64,000 bases of DNA from an uncultured virus (IMG/VR IMGVR_UViG_3300021092_000032) (lineage: Duplodnaviria; Heunggongvirae; Uroviricota; Caudoviricetes). A program made the position numbers and the translations under genes. The stretch lies in IMG/VR virus record IMGVR_UViG_3300021092_000032, one strand, 5' to 3'. This document shows positions 54,263 to 62,989 of this stretch, piece by piece (positions within the stretch are counted from its first letter, which is position 1; the number at the start of each line of letters is the position of its first letter). The notes beneath the pieces were generated by a model that did not search any database, was not told where the DNA came from, and worked only from the letters and a program-made list of their open reading frames with translations.

Positions 54263-54441
54263 CGCTTTGCCTTCATTTGCTTGGCAATCTCATTCTCGAT
54301 GGACTGGGCGCTTTTTAGCCAGGCCCAGAACTCATCAGCATCAAGATCAAGGATGTCGGCCAAGCCCCAACCGGTCAGCTTGGAGAGCACGATGACCCCC
54401 CTGCGCCAATCGTCCTCTAGGGCTTGGCCCCCTTGAAATCC
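54259..54441 (-). CDS. -1 frameshift extension of tail chaperone (B)
   Basis: G GAT TTC at 54441-54435; the -1 frame reads ...SKLTGWGLADILDL..DEFWAW...KR*, with ATGA overlap on the TMP. Confidence 0.75.
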   Translation of the reverse strand, partial: GFQGGQALEDDWRRGVIVLSKLTGWGLADILDLDADEFWAWLKSAQSIENEIAKQMKAKR

Positions 54442-54680
54442 AGAAGCTGCGCTTCCAGCTTGGCAAAATCAGCCGAGTCCAGCTCCAGCAGTTCATCGGG
54501 CGCAACCTCGCAAAGGCTGGCCATCAAGTGCAGGGCCTTGTCGGCGTCATCAGCCTTGCTTTTAGCGAAGGCCATTTCGTCCCGCACTTTGGGGCGGCGC
54601 ATAGTAAGGCTTTTAACCTCCACGCCGCTGATGGAAAGGGGAAAGTCGAGGGCGACTTTTGCTGTTGGGCGCTTGTCCAT
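54417..54680 (-). CDS. Tail assembly chaperone (B)
   Basis: Homolog of 7529..7798. Confidence 0.88.
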   Translation of the reverse strand: MDKRPTAKVALDFPLSISGVEVKSLTMRRPKVRDEMAFAKSKADDADKALHLMASLCEVAPDELLELDSADFAKLEAQLLDFKGAKP

Positions 54681-54686
54681 GCAGGA

Positions 54687-55193
54687 TTAGATTCCGATGG
54701 CTGTGCGGATGGACTCAAGCTGATCCGCACCGTTGATTTTTCGGATCATGTTCACTTTGTCAATCTCCACTGCCACAGTGCCACCGATGGTGATTTTGAG
54801 GTAGCGGAGCGCGATGCTGCATGTCATCGTGGTCTGCTCGCCGGCTTCCCAGTCGCCGGGGTCCATTTCTTTAATTACGCCGGTCATGTTGACCACCATG
54901 GATACGGCAGGCTCACCATCGCGACGCAAAGCGCCACGGGCTGTCAACTGCGTGGCAGCGCCGTCAGCCAGGCCGTAAAGGCCAAGAATGTTCTCGTCGT
55001 AATCAAACAGCTCAAAGGTGGATTCGAGCTTTTCCATACCCATGTCGATTTCGACAGGGGCATCCATGCCGCCACCACGAAACTCCTCCATCTTTGTGGT
55101 GAGTGTGGGCAGCGTCAGCGTGGAGACGGTGCCGGCCAAGCCGCGACCGTCAACGAACAAGCTGAAGTTCTTTAGAACGCGGGGGATAGCCAT
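54687..55193 (-). CDS. Major tail tube protein (B)
   Basis: Homolog of 7804..8310. Confidence 0.93.
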   Translation of the reverse strand: MAIPRVLKNFSLFVDGRGLAGTVSTLTLPTLTTKMEEFRGGGMDAPVEIDMGMEKLESTFELFDYDENILGLYGLADGAATQLTARGALRRDGEPAVSMVVNMTGVIKEMDPGDWEAGEQTTMTCSIALRYLKITIGGTVAVEIDKVNMIRKINGADQLESIRTAIGI

Positions 55194-55203
55194 GGGTCAG
55201 TCC

Positions 55204-56616
55204 TCAACGGAAAAGGTCAACAACGTAAGAGTTGACAAGGTGGGAGCGGAACGTGACCCGCTCAGCCGGGTAAGGGGGAGTGAACTCAAAATCGAAGAAT
55301 ACTTGCCCGTTGGCAATGTTTTCGGGGCTGTTGAGTTCCGGGTCCACCCACACGTCAGCGCCCAGCAGGGCGCCGCGTGCCTTCAGATTGCGCAGGTAGG
55401 CACGCACCGACTCTTGGACTTCTTCCAAGTAAGTCGCTGTGATGCAGCGGTCCACGGCCCACAGGTGGCCGCGCAGGATGCTTTCGTTGATCATGTCGGC
55501 GGTGCGCCGCACGCTTAAGAAGGCATAGAGGGGGTCCATTGCCAGGGTGCGGTTCCCCCACAGACGGAAACCCTGCTCACGAACGATAGTGGCAATCTTG
55601 GCTTCGTTCAGCAGGTTGGCCCGGCTGGTGTAATCGCCCAGGGTGAAATCAATGGCGCGGGCAGTGCCCTCAATGCCATTGATTTCGTTGTTGCTCGGGC
55701 TCCACCAGAAACCGCGCTCGTTATCCATTTTGTTGATCAAGCCGGCCACAGCAGGCGAAGCGGGGAAGGCTTCACCGTTGCGGATGATCCAGGGATCAAT
55801 GACATAGATGCGGTCGCTGCCAAAGTCGTCAGCGATTTGGATGGCGGCTGCGTCGTTGCTGTTGGGGCCGTCAACAATGATCACAGCGCGGAGGCGCTGT
55901 GCAATGCCCAGCATCTCAGCAACTACCTCGCTTCTGACGGCGCCACGTTGCACGGTGCCGGCTACCGCCTGTGTGCCACCGGCGGGCGGCGCTGCGATGG
56001 TGATGGTGGGGCTGCTGTTGTAGCCGCTGCCAGGGCTGTCAACAATAAACTCAACGACCTTGCCACTGTTTGCGCCAGTGCCCAAGCGAGCGCGGATCAC
56101 AGCGCCGCTACCGCCGCCACCAGTCACGGTCACTGCGGGGACAGTGGTGTAGCCCGCGCCTTGGTTGCTGACCGCGATTGACAGAATGCCGTTGCTGGCC
56201 CGCTGATGGGTGAACTCCGGCGCGATCAGGATGCGGGGCGCAAAGCCCACGGCGTTTTCCGCTGCCAGAAAAGCGTGAACACCCTCGTACTCGCCAGTGG
56301 TTTCATTGATTCCGCCGACCACGTTGTTGATCGTGGCGTAATCGGTAGACGCCTCTTCAACGCGGACGACAATAACAACGGCGCCAGCCTGGTCGTAGAT
56401 CAGGTCAAGGGCCTTAAACAAAGTGCCCTCTTCGCCTAGGCCGACCATTTCTGAGCGGCGAGCCAGCAGGACCGGCGTGTTAATAGGAAACTTTTCGGCG
56501 TCGGCGTCAGGCGCAGTGCCGATCAACCCGACGACGCTGCTGCGGACGGTTTGAATCGGGCGAGTCCCAGAGTCAATCTGGAGGACTTCAACGCCGTGAA
56601 GAAAGGTTGTGGTCAT
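55204..56616 (-). CDS. Tail sheath protein (B) with inserted G(A/S)GY beta domain
   Basis: Homolog of 8319..9533, 66 aa longer. Confidence 0.95.
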   Translation of the reverse strand: MTTTFLHGVEVLQIDSGTRPIQTVRSSVVGLIGTAPDADAEKFPINTPVLLARRSEMVGLGEEGTLFKALDLIYDQAGAVVIVVRVEEASTDYATINNVVGGINETTGEYEGVHAFLAAENAVGFAPRILIAPEFTHQRASNGILSIAVSNQGAGYTTVPAVTVTGGGGSGAVIRARLGTGANSGKVVEFIVDSPGSGYNSSPTITIAAPPAGGTQAVAGTVQRGAVRSEVVAEMLGIAQRLRAVIIVDGPNSNDAAAIQIADDFGSDRIYVIDPWIIRNGEAFPASPAVAGLINKMDNERGFWWSPSNNEINGIEGTARAIDFTLGDYTSRANLLNEAKIATIVREQGFRLWGNRTLAMDPLYAFLSVRRTADMINESILRGHLWAVDRCITATYLEEVQESVRAYLRNLKARGALLGADVWVDPELNSPENIANGQVFFDFEFTPPYPAERVTFRSHLVNSYVVDLFR

Positions 56617-56644
56617 CGCGAAGGGGCCTCCTTACAAAATGAGT

Positions 56645-56773
56645 TTAGCGGCCCTGGCCCCTGAGCTTCTTGCGCCCGTGCGAGGGCTTTGAATGTTGTC
56701 CAGAGCCCTGGCGCGTGCGCTTAGGCTTGTGCTGGATTTTCAGGGCCTCCGGGCTGACCTTTGGCCGTGCCAT
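56645..56773 (-). CDS. Small basic protein (42 aa), not in the ORF track
   Basis: MARPKVSPEALKIQHKPKRTRQGSGQHSKPSHGRKKLRGQGR. Confidence 0.75.
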   Translation of the reverse strand: MARPKVSPEALKIQHKPKRTRQGSGQHSKPSHGRKKLRGQGR

Positions 56774-57012
56774 CAGGGTTCAGGGGCAGACCAGCCTTCA
56801 GGCAAGCCAAGCTCAAGGCAAGCTGCCGCAAGGGCGTCGTCCGCTAATTGGACAATGGCGACCGTCGGGTTTTTTACTTCCTTCAGGGCCACGCCGGGGC
56901 GCAATGCAAAGTAGCAATCGCCAGGGAAGCGATAAACCTTTTCAGCGGCTAGGAAGCCCTGTCCCCAGGGCTCAATCTTGCCAGTCAGCTCAAAGGAATA
57001 CAGAACAGACAT
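56773..57012 (-). CDS. Small hypothetical protein downstream of the fibre
   Basis: Start MSVLYSF, 2 nt after the fibre stop. Confidence 0.55.
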   Translation of the reverse strand: MSVLYSFELTGKIEPWGQGFLAAEKVYRFPGDCYFALRPGVALKEVKNPTVAIVQLADDALAAACLELGLPEGWSAPEP

Positions 57013-57014
57013 GA

Positions 57015-59285
57015 TTAGTAACCAGAAATGGGCAGGGGATGGAACTGGCCCCTGAGCGTGAAGGAGATGCTGGTTTGCCCCCAGGTGTTGTTTCCGCCCA
57101 CGTAAACCGTGCCGGACTGGCCAATGGCTGCCCAGCAAGATTCGCCAACATGTGGGCTGATGTGCGTGAAATCCACAAAGGGTTCAGGCTGGGTCCAGAC
57201 AGGTGTGAAAACTGCGTGCTGGGTGTTTGCTGAAGCAGAGTTGTTGATGTTGCTGAACTGCGTAAATACAAGTGGGCTTGTACTCCAAGTGCCAGCGATG
57301 TAAATCTGGCCACGGTCGTCCAGCAGTGTGACCGAGGCGTTTGTCGAGCTTTGGTAACCGTTGCAGAAAACCGCAACAGGCTTACCGAAGCGGAACTGTG
57401 TGGTGCCCCAAGTAGATGAATACTGAGTGGCGAGAATTTCCCCAGGGAACACAGATGCAGAGCCGGCGGCCTGCAGTGGATCACCGTAATCGCGGAAAAG
57501 GATTTCGCCTGGGAACCAGTTGCCAATCACCGTCGCGCTTGAGTCGCTGCTGGTGGACACGTTACGGCCAAGCTGCCCGCCGGCATTGTTGCCCCAGGAG
57601 TAAACCTTTGGCTGCACAGCAGTTCCGCCGTCAGTGATGACGTAAATGCTGGGGTATCGGCCGCCACATACCCACATGGAAACCACTTTCTGGCCGCCGG
57701 AATTGAAGGTTGTAGAAGCGTTAGTAATTTCCACCGGCATGGAATTATTTGCGCTGGTGGAGCTGTAAACACCGGTATAGATACCAAAGGCATCGTTCCT
57801 GCCACAGGCATAAACGCGGCCTTCAGAAGTCAGCAAGAAGGTGCGGCCGTGATTTGAGTCGCCGTCTGTGGCCACAACGTGGACGATTTTCTTGCCGTTG
57901 ATTGCCGAGTTGGCAATGGCGGTAATTTCAACCGGACGATTCTGGTTGGTCGTGTTGTTAATGCCTAACTGGCCATGAGCGTTGTAGCCCCATGCGAAGC
58001 ATTTGCCAGTTGCTGTGATTGCGAAAACATGTGCGTATTGCCCACCGCTAACGGTGATGTACTCAACGTTTTCATTATTGAAAAAGCTGCGAGCTATACG
58101 ACGTGCAAAGTAGTTATTAGTGGTTGTGCCATCACCAATTTGGCCATAAGCGTTGTAACCAAAGGCGTACACGTTGCCATCAGTGTCTAACGCATAATGT
58201 GCGCCGAGAGTGGTATTGGCGTCACTCGTTGCAGAGCTGCAGAAATGTTTGATTTTAGGCCGCGCAGCGTCCACAAGAATCGAATTAGATTCGCTGTAAA
58301 ACTGCACGGGGACGGCAGCATCCATTTGAGTTGGCGTGGTCCCGTTGCCAACTAGGCCTGAAGCTGCATAACCAGCGCCATACAGGATCCCGTTTTCGCT
58401 CAGGTGGAAACTGTTGAAAAAGCCAGAATGGGTGCGGATGATCTTTGGCTGACGGGCAATCGTGTCAGTGATCGGCAGGCCATCCAGCGTCGTGGCAAAC
58501 TTTGCGTGATTGGTGTCACCAGCCAAAGCCTTCCAGTGGAAGTTCGGCACGCGGAACACCGTTGGGAACGATGGGACGTTGATTGCGTTGTAGTCGGTGC
58601 CTATGCCACCAGCGTTGTAATAATTGCCGTTGGTTGAGTCGTTGTAGTTGTTGCCCCATGTGAAATGCCGTCCGGAACGGCTGATATACCCGCCACGGCG
58701 GTAGCCGATCCAGCTGGACGGGGCTTGCTTGCCACGGCCGTACTTGGTATGCGGCAGCGCGGCATGGCCAGCCCCTGTGAGGTTGTAGTTGCTGTTTGGA
58801 AAGGCAAAGCCGAGGGCGCCTTTTGTGGCTTCCACGGCGGCCAGGGCGGCGGCTTGACTGTTGGCAACTGACGCAACGGCGCTTTGAGCGGTGGTTTGCG
58901 CAGTGGTGGCCGTGGCGAGAGCCGTGTTGGCGGTGGTTTGGGCAGCGCCTGCGGCAGTTTGCGCAGTCCCGGCTAAGTTGTTTGCAGCGGTCAGGGCGTT
59001 TGTAACCGTGACCGAGAACGCCTCGTCATTGTTCAGCGCAAGGGCCAACTCGCCCAAGGTGTTCAAGGCGCCAGGGGCCCCGGCCATCAGGCTGTCTACA
59101 GCCTGCTGAACCAGTGCCTGAACCTGCGCTTGGTTCAGCTTTGTAGCCAGCGCAGTGAACAGCGCGTCTACGTCCACGTCAAGGGCTTGCAGGGCGTCAC
59201 GGAGACGCACAACATCCTCGGCCAGGAGGTTGGAAGGGAACGGGAGCGGATAATTCCGCTGAGCGGTGCGGGTGTCAGTAGGCAT
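57015..59285 (-). CDS. Tail fibre / receptor-binding protein with RCC1-like repeats (B)
   Basis: Fibre N-terminus as in 11293..11934; repeated G.VY.WG.N..GQLG.G. Confidence 0.82.
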   Translation of the reverse strand: MPTDTRTAQRNYPLPFPSNLLAEDVVRLRDALQALDVDVDALFTALATKLNQAQVQALVQQAVDSLMAGAPGALNTLGELALALNNDEAFSVTVTNALTAANNLAGTAQTAAGAAQTTANTALATATTAQTTAQSAVASVANSQAAALAAVEATKGALGFAFPNSNYNLTGAGHAALPHTKYGRGKQAPSSWIGYRRGGYISRSGRHFTWGNNYNDSTNGNYYNAGGIGTDYNAINVPSFPTVFRVPNFHWKALAGDTNHAKFATTLDGLPITDTIARQPKIIRTHSGFFNSFHLSENGILYGAGYAASGLVGNGTTPTQMDAAVPVQFYSESNSILVDAARPKIKHFCSSATSDANTTLGAHYALDTDGNVYAFGYNAYGQIGDGTTTNNYFARRIARSFFNNENVEYITVSGGQYAHVFAITATGKCFAWGYNAHGQLGINNTTNQNRPVEITAIANSAINGKKIVHVVATDGDSNHGRTFLLTSEGRVYACGRNDAFGIYTGVYSSTSANNSMPVEITNASTTFNSGGQKVVSMWVCGGRYPSIYVITDGGTAVQPKVYSWGNNAGGQLGRNVSTSSDSSATVIGNWFPGEILFRDYGDPLQAAGSASVFPGEILATQYSSTWGTTQFRFGKPVAVFCNGYQSSTNASVTLLDDRGQIYIAGTWSTSPLVFTQFSNINNSASANTQHAVFTPVWTQPEPFVDFTHISPHVGESCWAAIGQSGTVYVGGNNTWGQTSISFTLRGQFHPLPISGY

Positions 59286-59289
59286 TGGT

Positions 59290-62200
59290 TCAGACCATCA
59301 CTGCGCGGATGTTGCGGACCTTTGGCCTGTGGGCCGCCGTTCCGGTGAGGTTTAGCTTCACCTTGGAAGCCGACAGGCCCACAATACCGGTGTCCTGATA
59401 AACGTACTCGACGTAGCCATCCCCGATGGGGGTGGCCTTGAGCAACGTCATGTTCTGGAAACCGTTCTTGTCGTACTGAGGCACCACGGTTGAGGAGCCG
59501 GGGACAAGCGCATCGAAAATGACGCGCATGGTGTTTCCGCCGGAGCCGACCAGGAACTGACGGCTCTGGTAGAAGCCGCTTGTATCCAGGCTGCCAACCA
59601 CCGACTGGACGCCGGTGTAAAGCACTGGGCTTTCTGTGGCTGTTCCTCGCAGAATCGCCTGCACCTGCATAGTGTCGTTGATTGATGCGGCGAACTGGAC
59701 GCCTTGGCCTGCAGCCAGCGTAAAGGTTTCTCCAGTGGTCCGGGTGTAGCGGAAGAAGAGGTCGGTGTTTTCGCTGGGCAGTTCCACAGCAGCCACCACC
59801 AGCAAGTCGGTCATGCCGCTTACCGTAAGGCTGCCCAGGTTGAACACCTGTTCAGTGGCCGTGAAGTTGGCCCCAACGAGGCGGAAAGTTAAATCCTTTT
59901 CTTGGTGAGCTGTCCAGGTAACGTTATTTGAACTGCTAAGCAACACGCCAATCGTGTAAGGCTGCGCAGTCACCCAGCGTGCCGCTGTGGAGTCGTACTT
60001 GCCAAGCTCTGCCACGCGTACCGCATGGTTTGCGTCGTCGGTGAGCAGCACGATGAAATACTCAACGCCGCCAACCAAGTACACAGGGGCGCTGAAGCTA
60101 GCCCGAACGTAAGTGTTCGTTGTGACAATTTCGTTAGGTTGGATTATTGTTTGAGCAATGACGGTTTCAGTTGGGAAGCCGTTGCTGCTCTCACGGATTT
60201 GCACCTGGACAGGCTTGTTTGCACCCTTCACAGCAAACTTCAGGTCAATAGCCTTGATGTGGCGTGATTGCTGGAGGGTAAAACTCTGCGCCAGCGGGTC
60301 AGGACCACGAGGGGCAGGCGGCGGTGGATTCCAGCGAGTAGTTGTGGTTGTGGTGGTTTGCCTGAAGTTGCGAATGAGCAGGGTGCCTTGGCCCGTGTAG
60401 ACCGCAGAGCCGAAGCTGCCCTGCACGCCAATGAACTCGACCAGCTTGCTGCCAGCGGGAACGTTGGGTGGAACTGTAAAGGAGCCGCTGAACGAACCAG
60501 AAAGGTTGGCGACAACCCCGCTGGGGGTAATGTTGCGCCCGTCAAATCGCAGTATTGAAAGACCTTCGTTTGGCCCGAAACCGCTAACACTGAAATTAAC
60601 AGTAGTCGCTCGCAGAAACTCGATTGCGCTTCTGCTTTCGCTTACAAGGGTTGTAACGGTGCTAGTGCTAGTGCTGCTTTGGCTGCCACTGCCAAAGACA
60701 AACGCTTGCGTAGCAAAAGTGGTCGCATTTTCGGTGACTGTGTAAAGATCGAGCGCCGGGTTTAGAACCACAGCAGCAGGCATCGGATCAAAGCTCTGGT
60801 ACGGGTTGATTTTCATTTCACCCGTGCGCAGCTCTTGGCCGATCAGCACTTCATCAGTTGAAGGCAGCAGTTTCGTTGCCGTGTTGTTCAAGGTTGCCAG
60901 GACAGGCGTGCCGCTGATAGCAAGCTGCAGGTCTTGGCCTACAATCACAGCGTCTTGTTCTACACCTGCATCGCGCAAATCGTCGTCAAACAGCGGGTCA
61001 GTAAATACGCCGTATTTTGCCGTTGGCTCTTTCGAGCTAATGTCCCGCTGCAAGCGCTCATCGGCTACGAGATTGTATAGCTCAATAACTGATTCCTTGA
61101 TTTGCCGCTGTTCCTTCATTGAAACAACGCGAGTACCGTCGTTGAATGTGCGCGGAACTTTTGTGCTTATCCAATCGTGGTAGATGCTGGCAAGTTGCAG
61201 CAAAACGTCAGACACGCCGGGCCGAATTGGATTAAACGCCGAAGGCACACCCTTGACTCGACTCAGCACGCCTTCGCGGTCAAGCACAATCGCGTCGAAG
61301 CGAGGCATTTTCCAGCGGTAGTCATTCAGGACCAAAGTGTTCGCTACGGCGCCCTGGATTTGGAAGGTGCCGGCGTCGGCGTTGATGTTGGTTGGGGTGA
61401 CGCTTTTGAGGAACCGGTATGTGACTGTATAGGTGCTGCCAGGGGCAGGCTCTGGACCGTTTGGGCTCCAGTCCACCTGATCAGCTGTGAGGTTGTAGCT
61501 AGTGCCTGCCTGGAAGGTGGTGGTTCCTTGCTTCACCTCTTCAATGCTGAGCACTGCAGTATTTGGCAGCGCATCCAATGCCCCAGTGAAAGATCCGTGG
61601 GTCATAGTCACGGTTTCTTCAGCCGTGATGACCACATCCATAATATTGTTGAGCGGCTTACGGTTCAACGAGATTGTCTGGAGCGCCGTGCCGGTGCTTA
61701 CCTTCGGCTCATTTGTAATGGTTTGTAAATCAGGGTCAATTCCAAAGCTGAGGGGCGAAGCCTGCGGCTTGTCAATTTTGTTGCCCTCAACGTTTGCAAC
61801 ACCTTCCTGAACACTAAACACGTAGTTCGTCTGGGTGTTGTCTTTGCCCAGTGCAAACAGGTTCAACCCGTTGACGATGTAGTTGCCGTTGGCGTCGCGG
61901 TCATAGCGGGCCAGAAGCTGCTTCACACCATCAAGCTGAGGCGGCGCTTCCTGGTTCAGCAACACGCCGTCACGTACGGCGTACACGGTGTAGAAATCGC
62001 CGGTACCACCGTCGCCATTCCAAGCCCAAGTGACCGTCCGACGGGTGCGGCCAGCGCCAGATTCTTGGTAGTTGCGTGTGCCCACCGCAGGGTCGCGCAG
62101 CGCAGGTGACTCAAGCTCTGTGATGGTTTCCGTTACCACTCTGACGCCGATCTGCACGTCACCAGTTGTTGGGATCGTGTAGTTCGAGGCTGCCACCTCA

Positions 62201-62454
62201 CGCACTGCGCCCAGTACATAGACGGCGCCGCTCTCCATTTGCACGTAGCCGGTTTGTGCGTCAATGGCTGCGGATGCGCCGCGCACAACAGAGCCATCGC
62301 GGAACAGGACGTTGGCAATTTTCTGCAGGCGATCGCTGAAGACCGACTGGATCTCGTTCAGTTCCGCCGACTGAAGGCCTTTGCTGGCACGGAACAGCAG
62401 CTCGTCGTAACGATCTGCGGCGCTGAAACGGTTGTAGTAGCCCTGGAGTGACAT
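59290..62454 (-). CDS. DUF4815-like large structural protein (B)
   Basis: Full-length homolog of 11939..15112. Confidence 0.8.
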   Translation of the reverse strand: MSLQGYYNRFSAADRYDELLFRASKGLQSAELNEIQSVFSDRLQKIANVLFRDGSVVRGASAAIDAQTGYVQMESGAVYVLGAVREVAASNYTIPTTGDVQIGVRVVTETITELESPALRDPAVGTRNYQESGAGRTRRTVTWAWNGDGGTGDFYTVYAVRDGVLLNQEAPPQLDGVKQLLARYDRDANGNYIVNGLNLFALGKDNTQTNYVFSVQEGVANVEGNKIDKPQASPLSFGIDPDLQTITNEPKVSTGTALQTISLNRKPLNNIMDVVITAEETVTMTHGSFTGALDALPNTAVLSIEEVKQGTTTFQAGTSYNLTADQVDWSPNGPEPAPGSTYTVTYRFLKSVTPTNINADAGTFQIQGAVANTLVLNDYRWKMPRFDAIVLDREGVLSRVKGVPSAFNPIRPGVSDVLLQLASIYHDWISTKVPRTFNDGTRVVSMKEQRQIKESVIELYNLVADERLQRDISSKEPTAKYGVFTDPLFDDDLRDAGVEQDAVIVGQDLQLAISGTPVLATLNNTATKLLPSTDEVLIGQELRTGEMKINPYQSFDPMPAAVVLNPALDLYTVTENATTFATQAFVFGSGSQSSTSTSTVTTLVSESRSAIEFLRATTVNFSVSGFGPNEGLSILRFDGRNITPSGVVANLSGSFSGSFTVPPNVPAGSKLVEFIGVQGSFGSAVYTGQGTLLIRNFRQTTTTTTTRWNPPPPAPRGPDPLAQSFTLQQSRHIKAIDLKFAVKGANKPVQVQIRESSNGFPTETVIAQTIIQPNEIVTTNTYVRASFSAPVYLVGGVEYFIVLLTDDANHAVRVAELGKYDSTAARWVTAQPYTIGVLLSSSNNVTWTAHQEKDLTFRLVGANFTATEQVFNLGSLTVSGMTDLLVVAAVELPSENTDLFFRYTRTTGETFTLAAGQGVQFAASINDTMQVQAILRGTATESPVLYTGVQSVVGSLDTSGFYQSRQFLVGSGGNTMRVIFDALVPGSSTVVPQYDKNGFQNMTLLKATPIGDGYVEYVYQDTGIVGLSASKVKLNLTGTAAHRPKVRNIRAVMV

Positions 62455-62461
62455 GGCAGCC

Positions 62462-62947
62462 TCAGAAAGTCAGAACGAACTCAAAGGTTTCGCGAGTGGC
62501 TGGCGTGCGAATAATCGCAGGCACATGCTCTAGCAGGTAGAGCGTGCCAGGGCTCTGAACCTCCTCGACGTCAAAGAATAACTGTCCTTGAGGGAGCCCG
62601 GTTTGAACCACAGTGTCTAGCAAGATGCCAGTTTCACGGATGGTCGCTGTGCTGGCGTTTTCAAAATCGAGTGTAAACCGCAAGTAAAGGAAGTTTGTCT
62701 GGGCAGTGCTGAGGTCGTATCGCCCGCTGGGCAGCACAATCGCGCCCTCAACTGCTGGGAGCACAAAACTCACCTGAGCAGCCTTGCGAAAACCGATGGC
62801 GGAAAGGAGCGCACTGCTGGAAATGCTTTCAGGCGGGGTGCCAGCATCATCCCAGAGGGGGCTGCCGGCGCCTACGCCGAGGAAGATGTTGCGGGCTGCG
62901 ACAGAAGCCGCCAAACCGGCGCGGCCTGAGGTCGTGAGGGTTGCCAT
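62462..62947 (-). CDS. Baseplate-associated protein (B)
   Basis: Homolog of 15120..15605. Confidence 0.7.
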   Translation of the reverse strand: MATLTTSGRAGLAASVAARNIFLGVGAGSPLWDDAGTPPESISSSALLSAIGFRKAAQVSFVLPAVEGAIVLPSGRYDLSTAQTNFLYLRFTLDFENASTATIRETGILLDTVVQTGLPQGQLFFDVEEVQSPGTLYLLEHVPAIIRTPATRETFEFVLTF

Positions 62948-62989
62948 TAGGCCATAGCCTCCTGAGTCGTAGTCATTCTAGGGGTCAGT

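Noticed and set aside
57015..59285. Diversity-generating retroelement or invertible fibre cassette
   Set aside because: No reverse transcriptase, no adenine-specific TR/VR pair, no invertase or flanking inverted repeats seen.
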